This document shows, one piece after another, positions 50,793 through 62,698 of a stretch of DNA of 64,000 nt (its first letter is position 1; the number at the start of each line of letters is the position of its first letter). The stretch is taken from positions 5,642,001 through 5,706,000 of the forward strand of contig NC_135664.1 of assembly GCF_964188315.1 (NCBI RefSeq), in the 5' to 3' direction. Below the pieces are notes generated by a model that saw nothing but the letters and a program-made list of their open reading frames with translations, made no database searches and had not been told where the DNA came from. The DNA is from Podarcis muralis (lineage: Eukaryota). Position numbers and translations under genes: made by a program.

Positions 50793-51648
50793 TTTTATTT
50801 ATATCCCGCCCTCCCCAGCCGAAGCCGGGCTCAGGGCGGCTAACAACAATAAAACAGTACAAAAGTACAGCATAAACAACACTAAAATCATTCATTATAA
50901 AATTAATTAATTCAAGCCACTGGCAACCATTGGGCCAGAGCTCCGCGAAGATTGCCGAGGGAGGGAGTCAGGCTGTGCCCTGGCCAAAGGCCTGGTGGAA
51001 CAGCTCTGTCTTGCAGGCCCTGCGGAAAGATGTCAAGTCCCGCAGGGCCCTGGTCTCTTGTGACAGAGCATTCCACCAGATCGGAGCCACAGCCGAAAAA
51101 GCCCTGGCTCTAGTTGAGGCCAGCCTAACTTCTCTGTGGCCTGGGACCTTCAAGATGTTTTTATTTGAAGACCGTAAGTTTCTCTGTGGGGCATACCAGG
51201 AGAGGCGGTCCCGTAGGTACGAGGGTCCTAGGCCATATAGGGCTTTAAAGGTTAAAACCAGCACCTTAAACCTGATCCTGTACTCCACCGGGAGCCAGTG
51301 CAGCTGGTATAGCACCGGGTGAATGTGATCTCACAGCGAAGACCTCGTAAGGAGTCTCGCTGCAGCATTCTGCACCCGCTGGAGTTTCTGGGTCAGTCTC
51401 AAGGGCAGCCCCACGTAGAGCGAGTTACAATAATCCAGTCTGGAGGTGACCGTCGCGTGGATCACAGTGGCTAGGCCAGGGCGAGAGAGGTAAGGAGCCA
51501 ACTGCTTAGCTTGGCGGAGATGGAAAAATGCCGCCTTTGTTATAGCTGCAATCTGCGCCTCCATGGAAAGGGAGGTGTCGAAGATTACACCCAAACTCTT
51601 AACGGACGGTGCTGGCACTAATTGTGCCCCCGCAAGAGATGGGATAAA
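50746..51648 (-). mobile_element. Young 5'-truncated L2 LINE with (AAT)n tail
   Basis: VKSLGVIFDTSLSMEAQI...SRLDYCNSLYVGLP...LQRVQNAAARLLT and LHWLPVEYRIRFKVLVLTFKAL...AFSAVAPIWWNAL are in one frame, separated by a single TGA. Confidence 0.95.
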
Positions 51649-53163
51649 TTAGCAATCATAGAAGACATCAGAAAGTTAGGAATAGACCGGGGTTGGGGGA
51701 ATAGCCTAGTCTGGATACTTGTGGAGATTCATATACAAATGGAATGTACATAATGTGGCAAACATATACGATACCCAGTTTCTCCAAGGTCAAAAGATAT
51801 GTTTAACATATGCTTAACAGTACTTAGGGTTTTTTTTTTTGGCTGCAATTTTGTTAATGTTGATATTGATTCATATATTTATAATTGCTGTATTGATTTG
51901 TTAATCATATAATATGACTTTTGCTTTAATTGTGACGTGTTGCTTATTTTTTAAGTTGTTCCTTGGTTCACAGTGTTTTATAGAGTGTAATTGTTTCACT
52001 GATAGTTAATTGTTCTATATGATTTATGCTGTATTTGTGACATCATGTTATATCATGTTACCATTATTTATTGCTTGTTATCTGGGTTTGAATTCATTTG
52101 AATGAACAACAAACAGCACAGAAATGTAATCAATCAAATCAAAACATGCCTTTGCAGATTTGGGAACGAAAGGCTTACATGCTGGTGACATACTGTAAAT
52201 GAAAGAACATTTCTTCGCCTATGGCTTGCTCCAGACATAGAGAAAATATATTTTAAAATATATAGTTGCTGATGTCCAAAAAGCGCGTGGACAAAGCCTG
52301 CTTGAGTCAGGTTCTACTACTTGGCTTTAGGACAGTTGTTCACTGACCCTTATCTCAAGTTCAGGCCATGCTAGGCATAACTAGCCTTGCATTTGCAACT
52401 GTGGAGTTCACCTTCCAGCTGAAGGATCTTGGCAGCTTCCCTGCTTACTCACAGGCTCTTTTTGCTGTCCAGCTAGGCACTGATGGTGGACTGCAGGATA
52501 TTGTTAAGCAGAAATGCTTCTTAGAAACAGACTTAGAGCAGAAATATTAGTGCTGTAATCACTGTGTGAAAGCGATGTATGAGCAGAAATGCCTGCTTGC
52601 TGTGCTGACCCAGTGGGTCTCTACATTTGGTTCTAGGTCATGTCATTCACCTGGGTCCCAGGTCATGACACCCCAGGTGTCATCCTATTTGTGAATAATA
52701 ATCCAGACTTCAAACCTGAACACCTTGACCCAGTTGGGCAATATCAGCAAAGGAAACCTGCATTCCAATCCTGTTTGTGTGTGCAGTTCCAATTCAGTAT
52801 CTGTATTTAGATGAGGATGTTCATGTGCTAATGATTACTACATAATTAGGGTAAGCTGCTAATACATAGCCCAGCTAGAAAATTATAATAACACCAACCA
52901 GCTGTTTGGCAAATGGTGATGGGTAGCTGTATTTAGTCTCCCTGGCTCATACTTCCCTATCAGGCAGCTGACCCACACCATCTCTAGTTGTCCAACATGG
53001 CTACATGTGCACACACATTTGAATACAGGTCCCAGTCATCTTCTTTGGGATCATGGTTATGTGTAATTTAGGATGTCGATAAAGAAAAAAATAGTGTAAT
53101 TCAGTTATAGGTAAAGCCAAATATTTAATTGAAAAGGCGGTAATCTCACACTTCATATTTTAT

Positions 53164-53349
<186 letters not shown>

Positions 53350-54315
53350 TGATTCTTATGGATGCAGTGGGTAACAATACTAGGTTGCAGATGGAATAAT
53401 CTGAAAAATTTAGCATCCATCCAGGCTGATTATTACTGAATTTTTTGCATGGAGAGTATCATGAATGAGTAATTTGCAGGCCTTTGCTGGTGTTGAAAAT
53501 TCTGTTTCATTTTGTAGCTGCAGTAAAAGGAGTATTGCCTGGAGCAAGTAGCTTTATTCTATATAAACAACTAAATATGATCCTCGTATGGATTGCTGAC
53601 GGAGGATCTTAATAGCTGTAATTTTGGAATGCATAGAATATCATTAGTGATAGCGTTTGAGAGCCAGAGTGAGGTCTACAAGTTTTTAAATGTTGGCAAG
53701 AAGAATGCAATTTGGGAAATGTTGAAAATATGTATGTGGAATGACATTTCGTGCAGCTGCGCCAGGAATTGGTTGTTACATAATCTCAAGTGATTTTCAA
53801 AGAAAAATTGTTAATGTAACTCTGAAAAAAATGCCAGTGTGAAGAAACTTTTGCTTTCAGAGAGAAAGGTGTAAGAGAATAAGAGACAGCCAAATTAGAT
53901 GCATCTTGTAATTGTATAGTGCTTCAAAAATAAAAATCAAGGCTGACTCTTTTGAACTAGCAATGGACATGTGTTCTCTATCAGGGTTGTGGTTTTACAT
54001 TAGAGACCAATATATGATGGGATGCAATAATAGGATGGGATGCAGTAATGGGATGCATCCATTTTGAAAGCAGCAGTATCACTTTCTTTAGTGAATTTAA
54101 CCTTTTTATGTCCTAAAAGAAAGAGTCACCACAAAGCATTAAACAAGACCCTTTTATATTTCAAGGGTTGTTTGTTTGTTTTAAAACAGGAAGTGAAATA
54201 TCAGACCTGGAAGTGTGCTACCTGGGTCTTGTGTATGATCAGAAAGGGTTGTCTGAATGAGTAGTGCTGTTGTTTGTTGGAGGTTTGTACGTTGGCTGTC
54301 TCAGAGAAGGCATTT

Positions 54316-54503
54316 GGAAAAAAACATTCTGACAGTAAGAGCTGTTCAGCAGTGGAACAGACTCCCACGAGATATGGTGGATCTCCTTCCTTTGACGTTT
54401 TTAAACAGAGGTTGAATGGCCATCTGTCATGGATGCTTTAGCTGAGATTGCATGGGGTTGGACTAGATTGCCCTTGGGTCCCTTCCAGCTCTATGATTGT
54501 ATG
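54316..54503 (+). mobile_element. CR1 LINE 3' end
   Basis: aacattctgacagtaagagctgttcagcagtggaacagactccc...ggggttggactaga...ggtcccttccagctctatgattgtatg. Confidence 0.85.
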
Positions 54504-55145
54504 GTTTTATGTGCTGGGAATACACCTGAGATGGATCTTCTTGTCTCTAGTCTGCTCCTGGGCTACATACTGTGGGCCAGCCTAGCCACTGTTTTTCTGA
54601 TTAGCTATTGGTTTCCTGACATGTGTGTCACAAGCTATGGATGTGTAACTTTCAGCAGAGGCCATGTCCATAGTTTACTTGGCAGTGGGTAGAAGTCAGT
54701 ATTAAAGAGTTACCCTAATTCTCTTTAACTTTTGTACACAAAAGCCCTGTTCGGGTATTTTGTCTGCACAGGTGATCTCGCATGTAGGAGACATAGGCTG
54801 CACACACCAGCCCCACCTGCTCAGTCCCCAGGCTACCCGTATTGAGCTTTTACACATGTTCATATGAATGTAAATAAATGCCTGCACAACCAGGGACGCT
54901 GTGTTCTACTTGCATTCAAGAGAAGGTTCCCTTCAGATCTTTTAAATGAGGGAGGATCAGGTACTGAGTGGGTGGGGGTGGGGCTTGTGTCCATGTCCCT
55001 ACCACACCCACAGTTTAACCCTTTGCATGTTCAGGCAAACACTCCTAAAAATAGGAAGAGAACACACACAGAGTGTTAGTCCAAAACTATTATGTAGTCT
55101 CCAGATGGGGATAAAATATATTACATGTTTCAGATGTGTCATACC

Positions 55146-55282
55146 TAGGCCTTTTTTCCAGCCAGAACTCACTGGAACTCAGTTCTGGGGCCCCTTAGGT
55201 GGGCACCATTGCCATTATAAGAGAACATGGGAGGTGTTCCTGGAGAGTTCCAGCACCTCTTTTTCTAGAAAAAATAGCACTG
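55146..55282. mobile_element. Small hAT MITE (same family as 21840, opposite orientation)
   Basis: Ends taggcctttttt / aaaaaatagcactg; perfect 8-bp TSD gtcatacc (55138-55145, 55283-55290). Confidence 0.85.
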
Positions 55283-55504
55283 GTCATACCTAGCCTTTCT
55301 TTGTTCACCAATAGTGCAATTCAATATGTGTATATTTAGAAGTAAGCTCTAGCACTGCATAAGATTGTAGCTTAAGGGAGCAGTCCAATACACATGCTGG
55401 TGTAAATTAAGCTGGTGCAAAATCACACCAGATCCACACAGCAGAAAGGAAAACAGGCCTTTAAAATAGTTTTTGAGTTGAGCCAATTTTGCTGGATTAA
55501 TTTA

Positions 55505-56030
55505 TGTCAGGGTTGCCAGGTTATGTGACTGAGCTGAACAGGCTTAGGATGCAACCTAAGGCTCCACCTTCTGGTCCCACCCCTACCACATATGCTCCCT
55601 TTTCAGAGTTTACATTGTGTGAGCCAAGTGCCCGCCACTCCCCCACAACCATCTCCCAGGAAATAGGACACATGATACTTGTATTGACCCAAGTTATGAC
55701 TGAACTTTATAGAGGACAGGTGTAAGGGTTTGGCAAGGCATTGGATATATCTGTTTGGGGTCAGCCCAAGGCAAGTGACCCAAATGACACACATCAGGTA
55801 GGAGCCCCTTGCTGGGTTGCCACCTATGGCCCTCTTCTCTACCTGGGCCTCTGGACATCACAAACTCCTTCCGGATCCCTTTAATGGTATACCCCCGGTA
55901 ACTGGAGGGGCAGGCAGAGGCTACAACCTCCCCTCCTCCAAAGACTAAGGCTTAACCAATGCCTTGACCACCAAAGTTGTGACGATTGCTATGAGGTAGG
56001 CAAAATCTCAGGACAGAGTTCTTTAGTCCA
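55505..56030. mobile_element. Possible LTR-type sequence
   Basis: Abrupt GC-richer block starting tgtcagg; no TSD or clear 3' end identified. Confidence 0.25.
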
Positions 56031-58110
56031 GTGGACAAATTGCTACCCAACCCTGGGAATTTTAGTGAAGGAAACGGACCAGGTGATGGAAGCAGACTGG
56101 CTTTAAGTATCCCAGCAGCGGACCAGAGTGAAGCCTTTCACCACAGTCAGGCCTACCGCTGGGCAGAATCTCACAGCCAGCCTGCCCATGACTGGCCAAT
56201 TTGGGGGCAGGCTAAAATCCACTTCCCGGGCCAGCATGAGGCCAGTTTTGAAGTTGTGCCAGGGCAGGAGTCACCCTTCCTCCATGTCCTATGCCAGGTC
56301 ATGGCGTGCAGTGTGCATCATCACACAAAGACTCTGGATCCTGAAGGTAAGCGTCATTAGCTTAAGATCCACCAGGCTCAGCTTGGTTGAGCTTGGGTGG
56401 AGAAGGTATGCCATCTTATCTCTGGCTAATCCATGGATGTGGGAATTAGGCCTGCATAGCTCTGCTGCATTAGTAACCTCTAAGCCAGAGATCTGCTGGA
56501 TTCTAATCAGCTCATCCCAGTGGGTCTTGGCAACTCTTAGTCATTTGGGCTATATATGTTTCTTTGTTTCTTTCTTTGTGTGTTTGTACGCGCACACAGA
56601 GATACACACACCTATTAATAACATTCTACTAATCCATTTTTGTATCTTTTGTTGTGAGAATGCCCAGATAGCTGGTATGCATCTTAACATTAAATTATTA
56701 AACATAAATCTACATTATTCTGATGTCAAACCGCACAGGGAGGTGTGTCATTTTTGTACAGCTGTGTGAAAAGCCTAATAAAATAGGAGCTAATTTGTCC
56801 GTCAATGAGAGAGACTATGGAGAAGAAAGTGCATTAATTTTGAAGCTAGTTCCCATCATAGATGGCTTGTGAACTGAGCTGGAAAGTACTGCGGTAAAAG
56901 TAGAATGGGACAAAGAACAAGTCACAAGAAGCTGTGCTAGAAGCTACTAGGATAGACCAAGAAAGGGTGACCAAGAAGTTGTTTATACTGATAAGGAAGT
57001 CTGCCAAAGCCTGGAGCATCAATCATAACAGATTTCAATTACTGTGATAGTGACGTGAATGGCAATGGCAAGATTTCTAAGTAAGAGTGTACGTTATTGG
57101 AAATGGTGTTAAACCTTTTCTTGCTCCTCAGTTTATCACAAGCTGTGAACCAGAAGCAAATGCTCTAGAGAATCACGGGGCTTTCTTCCAAACCTTTTAA
57201 AGTATTTTTGGGCAAAACATTCTCACAGGGTTGGACTTTTAAAATGAAGGTTCAGTTTTATAGATCCTGCTGATAAGAATGCTGGTGATAAATTTTACCT
57301 GAAATGAAGGGAAATGCAGGGTTTTGTAGAGCGGGCGAGGACAATGTGTAATGTAGGCTCACATGTTCAAGACTATACTTAGACAATAGCAACTGCTTAA
57401 ATAATTGCATCCCTTGATTTTAACCACAGGTCATGTTAAACATGCTTCTCTTGTGCATTGTGTGTGAACAGTTGTAATGGTATAATACAGTACATTCATA
57501 TAGCTTGTCCTGCATATTTATTTAAATGTGTATTGAGGCCAAAGTTGAAATCTGTATTTAATGCTTCATATACTTTTCAGTCAGCTATGAGTGAATGCTG
57601 TTTTGATAGGTTCATCAGTAATGGTGTTGAAGTTTCTGGGCTTTCCTCCAGATGGTATGGCCTCTGCTAATTTATTTTAAGGGGTATACCATATATAACA
57701 GCAACAACAACAACGCATTTCAGGCATTCCTATGTGCTAATATTTTTATGATACAATTTGGATGGCTAAGGTAAAAGCCTTGAATGATGGCAGTGGACAC
57801 AAATAAAATAACAATGTGCAAAGAAAATTGTTGACGCGTGAAAGCATTCCATGCAGCATTGCAAAAGCATTGTAGTGAAGCCAAGAGGGCCGTAGCCACT
57901 CAAAATGTAGAGGGTTTGTGCATGACCATCAGTTTGGGCCTGCAGTGGTCACTGTTCAGTTGTCTTGGGTGTATATGGTGCATTGCTTAACTGGGAATGA
58001 CGTTCATATGATTTGGCAGTTCCAAATGGGTCCTGTATGCACGGCAACTGCTGGCAGCACATTCCTCGAGCTGCTGTTTTCTTAAAGCTACACACTCTTA
58101 CACTCAACTA

Positions 58111-58201
58111 CCGTATTTTTCGCTCTATAAGACGCACCAAACCATATTTCCCCTTACTTTTTAGGAGGGAAAAAGTGAGTCTTACAGAGCAAAAAATACG
58201 G
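58111..58201. mobile_element. Minimal 91-bp Tc2-like MITE
   Basis: TA TSD; 23-bp TIRs with 2 mismatches; same termini as 11564 and similar to 45545. Confidence 0.85.
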
Positions 58202-58315
58202 TATTTGATTTCTTCTCTGGTATATATCTTACCCAATCACCTGTCTGCCCCATTTGTGAATAAGTTAATGGTGAGGGACTCTGCTCATTACACATTATGC
58301 TTACTGTGCCTTATA

Positions 58316-58574
58316 CAGTTATACCTCATGTTACATCCGCTTCATGTTACATTCTTTCAGGTTACGTCCTGTGGTGACCGGGAGTACCGGAAAGGGTTAC
58401 GTCCGGGTTTCACCTCTCGCGCATGCACAGAAGCGCAAAATGACGTCATGTGCATGTGCATAAGCTGTGAATCGCAACCCGTGTGTGCGCAGACGCACCG
58501 CTGCGGGTTGTGTTCTTTTAATGTTGCGAACAGGCCTCCGGAACGGATCCCGTTCACAACCAGAGGTACCACTG
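58316..58574. mobile_element. TcMar-Tigger-like MITE
   Basis: TA-cagttatacctc ... gaggtaccactg-TA; internal palindromic gcgcatgcacagaagc region. Confidence 0.82.
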
Positions 58575-59211
58575 TAGATTGAAGCAATTTCCCCTGAACC
58601 CAGTTTTGATACCTACAGTGAGTCAGGTAGTGAAAGGACTGAAGGGCCACTTCCTGTAACTTCTTTGGTCAGGTTCAGCTAATGGGTTACCGCCACTCCC
58701 CTGCTCTGTGCAGTTACTGTTTACATTTGCTAAAGGTAATTAAATTAGACACAAGGAGCAATCACAAGCATCTTATGTACCTTGTTCATTCTCATGAAGT
58801 GAGAACAAAAATGCCTACCCATTAGACAAAAAGGTGCAAAACTCTCTCCCTCTCCCTCCCCTTACCACCTTGTACTCTGTAGATAGAAGCATTCTAAGGG
58901 TGGCTGGCTGTCAGTAAGGCCCTAGGGGAAAACAACAGAAGCAAAATATGTGATTCTATCAATAGTCTTAGAGCCACCGGGGCAATATGTAATTTGCTGT
59001 GAACATGGGTAGCACAGACTGAACTGAACCTTTATTTTTTGTGTATGATTATAAATGTTCTGCTTATATAACCAGCCAAGAAAGGTGAGGTTCTCATGTA
59101 AGTCACATGTTTTGCTATTTCCCCAGTGTTTGTCATTCGCCCTTGTCGTCTCCCTTGGCCATTAAGGTGCAAGATGGTTACATCAATAAGATGTAACCAT
59201 CTTGCACCTTA

Positions 59212-59314
59212 TCTGAAGAAGTATCTGAAGAAGTGTGCACGCACACAAAAGCTCATACCAAGAACTAACTTAGTTGGTCTTTAAGGTGCTACTGGAAGGA
59301 ATTTTTTTGTTTTG
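59212..59314 (+). mobile_element. Penelope-like element terminal fragment
   Basis: tctgaagaagtgtgcacgcacacaaaagctcataccaagaactaacttagttggtctttaaggtgctactggaaggaattttt; flanked by 15-bp direct repeat acatcaataagatgt (59180-59194, 59315-59329). Confidence 0.78.
59221..59258 (+). ncRNA. Minimal hammerhead ribozyme (Penelope type), probably inactive (G12A)
   Basis: GUAU (stem I) - CUGAAGA core - A - GUGUGC/ac/GCACAC (stem II) - aAAA (GAAA expected) - palindromic AGCU stem III - C17 - AUAC (stem I complement). Confidence 0.75.
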
Positions 59315-60385
59315 ACATCAATAAGATGTTCATTATATCTAAAATTTTAAAACTAGCCATATCTACTAATGTTCCTTCTTGTAATGACTTCAGAACTGTT
59401 TGAATTGATAGGTACCAATGCTAATGCCACCCACAAATTATGCCCAGATTTGCATATATGTTGTGCCAAATTCAAATTTGGATCCTCTTTTGTGGGTAGA
59501 GCAGAGGGACCATACATAAATCGGGACACACAGACACACAGAATGTCAACAGTTGAAGCTTTCCCCACAATAATGTTTTTGTTCGAGAAATAGCTAAACC
59601 TGTAAAATTTCTGCCTGTCATACAGTTGTTAAATGCACAATAAGACTACAAATAACTCAAGTTCTATTACTGAAGGTATTTCATAAATTGATTTTTGGCC
59701 ACCAGTGCTACAAAGAGTGCAAAACCAAGTGTGTGTGTGTGGGGGCGGTGATCTAAGATTTACAGCAACTAAGGTTCAGATTTTATGCTTGTAAACTCAG
59801 TAGTAAACTTGGTGCTTTTAAAAACCACCAGTGTATTGTAAGATCATTATTTATTTAAACCGCGCAACAAGTATAATAATGTTACTAGTGCAGGTCAAAA
59901 AGTCACCCTTTTAATTTCTTTCTTTGAGCAAAAAGGATTTGAGCTGTTGACAAGAATATCTGCATTTAAGTATTTGTGCCAACAGCTGCAATTTATTCTC
60001 CTATTTTCTCCCATTGGTAGAAAAGCAATGAATTGCCCCCTCACTCATGTTGATGCCATAATTAACTTAACAGCCTCTCCAAATGCATTTCAACACATGA
60101 ACAGACTAGTTGACAATGGTGGGCTATACTATGTGATTCTCATTTGCTGCTCTATCTCAGCAATATGAGTTTAACAACACTGGGCTGCTTTAAAAGACTC
60201 GCATAGCTCAGGCTCTCTCAACCACAATGCATCCCCCTTGCCTTGTGATATCAACTTCAATTGCATTTGCAGTAGCACTGGGTGGGAACCTCCGGTTGGC
60301 AACTCACCAGCACGTGGGCAGGGATGGAGATATCAGGTCAGCAATCAGGCTGCCCTTATCTCAGTGCACACCAACCCCCAATGCA

Positions 60386-61004
60386 CAAGCATCCCCCCAC
60401 ATGCGTGTGACTGTGCACACGTGCAGCACCAGAAAATAATTAAATAAACCGACTCCAACCCAGAAATGGCAGGAGAGAACTTGTGGCTCATGGGGAGACC
60501 CTCCCCAGAGCCCAAAGAGGACGTCAGAAGAGACAGGAGGTGCAGCAGGGCTCTGTTTAGCCTGCTCAGCCTCCCTGCCTGACAGCTGACACATGGGGTA
60601 GTGCTGCTGCTGCCACCACCTCATTCCCACATAGCCTCCAACCCAAGCTTCAGTTCCGCCTGGCTTTCAATTTGAACTTAGCCTGATCTTTTATTCCCCT
60701 TCCTTCCCTTCCCCTCCCCTTTTTATGAAGATTACCCGCTCTGGGACCCCACAGCTAATTCTCCCCTGGTCTCCTCGCTGGCCCAAATAGGACTAATTTA
60801 GCCAGCTAGCCCTGGTGATCATCTAATGCTTATTGGATGGATTTTCCCCCTAAATTGATTTTTGAATTCTGAATTTATTGTTATTCACGTTTTATACTGT
60901 ATTTTATGCTGTTCTTTGTTGCATCAATTAAGTGTTTAAAATTTGTTGTTAGCCGCCCTGAGCCTGGTTTTCTGAACCAGGAAGGGTGGGGTATAAATAA
61001 AAAA

Positions 61005-61045
<41 letters not shown>

Positions 61046-61209
61046 GTTTTTTATTTTTTATGTGCAGTCATTTTGGTACAATTGGGAAAGATCAGCAGAG
61101 AGGGTGTTTTGAGGCATTTTAGAGGGTGGCTGCTCCTTATTTAAGTGATTTTCACTTATGAGTATGAGGTCCAGGAACATAACCCCTTCATAAGTTGGGG
61201 GGTTGCCTG
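60386..61209. mobile_element. Tc1/Mariner-type non-autonomous element (family of 5193-6132), interrupted by L2
   Basis: Shares cccaaagaggac...gaggtgcagca.ggct.tgtttag.ctgctcagcctccc...acagctgacac.tggggtagtgc and the 3' gtgattt.cacttatg...ataacccc...cctg-TA with the first copy. Confidence 0.7.
60645..61045 (+). mobile_element. L2 3' UTR with (ATT)n tail
   Basis: Ends ttgttagccgccctgagcctgg...gggtggggtataaataaaaaat(att)n, related to the L2 ends at 12758 and 50746. Confidence 0.75.
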
Positions 61210-61939
61210 TACATTAATTACTAAAGTTGTGGCTATGTTTAACCTCCAATCTATCTCTGACTATCATTGCTTCTACATGCCTGCCTCTCTGTGCCTGGTA
61301 TGCATAAAATAGGAGCTGCAGGGAGGCTGACCACAATTGGAAAAGGAGAAAATTGACACAGGTCTCAACACACAAAGAGACACAAGCAAAGCACTATTAT
61401 TCATCCTGGGAGGGAAGTTGCCACTGTTACCGCATTTATTTATAATGCAATGTTCTCCTTCAGTAGAACTGGTATTTATGAACATCTGAGGTAAGTTGGT
61501 AGTTGGAACATTTGTAGCTTTCTCCATGGTGGTTGTTAGAGGACAGCAAAGGTCCTAAAGAAGCCTTGATGAGATAATTAATGTTATCGATTCCTTGGAA
61601 TTCAGTGCTAAGGGGCAGGTACCATAAAAGTCTAATAAAGCTTCTGCATCTGGCAGTGATGAGCAACAGCAGTGAAAGTAGCACACAAATAGCTTATTAA
61701 GCAGAGTAGATAGGAACAAACATTATTGTGTAAGAATTCATTGTGTTAGTTTTAAGACATAAATCTGTTAGGGGTATGGATTCAGGCTTAATGGTGGAAG
61801 GTTGTCCCGGAGGATCCTGCCACAGATAAGTGTCATTCTGTTTCAGCATGATCTCCTAATAAAGTGCATTAGTAAAGAGTGAATTAGGTCTAACATAAAA
61901 GCAGGACAGTCACAACAGAATGGTTCTTTCCAAATCAGA

Positions 61940-61978
61940 GTTTGTTTGTTTGTTTGTTTGTTTGTTTGTTTGTTTGTT

Positions 61979-62021
<43 letters not shown>
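61940..62021. repeat. (TTTG)n(TCTG)n compound microsatellite
   Basis: Read directly from the sequence. Confidence 0.95.
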
Positions 62022-62277
62022 TTTTGCTTTGGTTTTGATGATTAAACTCTTAGCCTATAACTGCACTACTGGAAGTAGAGGGAAATAATAATAGTGCACT
62101 GCACTGACCACCTTGGATGAAAGGCCAAAAGTGTGATAAACAAATAAAGAGCTTTTAATCCTCCGTCACCAATTCATGGTTAAGAATGTTCACACAAGCT
62201 GTAAAAAATAATTGCTTAAATAGGTAAACAAAGGCTGGGTAATAAAGACAGTGCTTTTAATAACTTTCTGTGCTCAT

Positions 62278-62698
62278 GTTGTTGTCTAGTCGTTTAGTCG
62301 TGTCCGACTCTTCGTGACCCCATGGACCAGAGCACGCCAGGCACTTCTGTCCTCCACTGCCTCCCGTAGTTTGGTCAAACTCATGCTGGTAGCTTCAAGA
62401 ACACCATCCAACCATCTCATCCTGTCGTCCCCTTCTCCTTGTGCCCTCCATCTTTCCCAACATCAGGGTCTTTTCCATGGAGTCTTCTCATGAGGTGGCC
62501 AAAGTATTGGAGCCTCAGCTTCAGGATCTGTCCTTCCAGTGAGCACTCAGGGCTGATTTCCTTCAGAATGGAGAGGTTTGATCTTCTTGCAGTCCATGGG
62601 ACTCTCAAGAGTCTCCTCCAGCACCAGAATTCAAAAGCATCAATTCTTCGGCGACCAGCCTTCTTTATGGTCCAGCTCTCACTTCCATGCATCACTAC
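62278..62698 (-). mobile_element. BovB-type RTE LINE 3' end
   Basis: Translates SESWTIKKAGRRRIDAFEFWCWRRLLRVPWTARRSNLSILKEISPECSLEGQILKLRLQYFGHLMRR; 12-bp TSD ttctgtgctcat (62266-62277, 62699-62710). Confidence 0.95.

Noticed and set aside
56128-56769. 213-aa ORF
   Set aside because: No recognisable domain or splice context; runs from an LTR-like block into AT-rich sequence.
58013-58582. 189-aa ORF
   Set aside because: Reads through two unrelated MITEs and has no transposase motifs.
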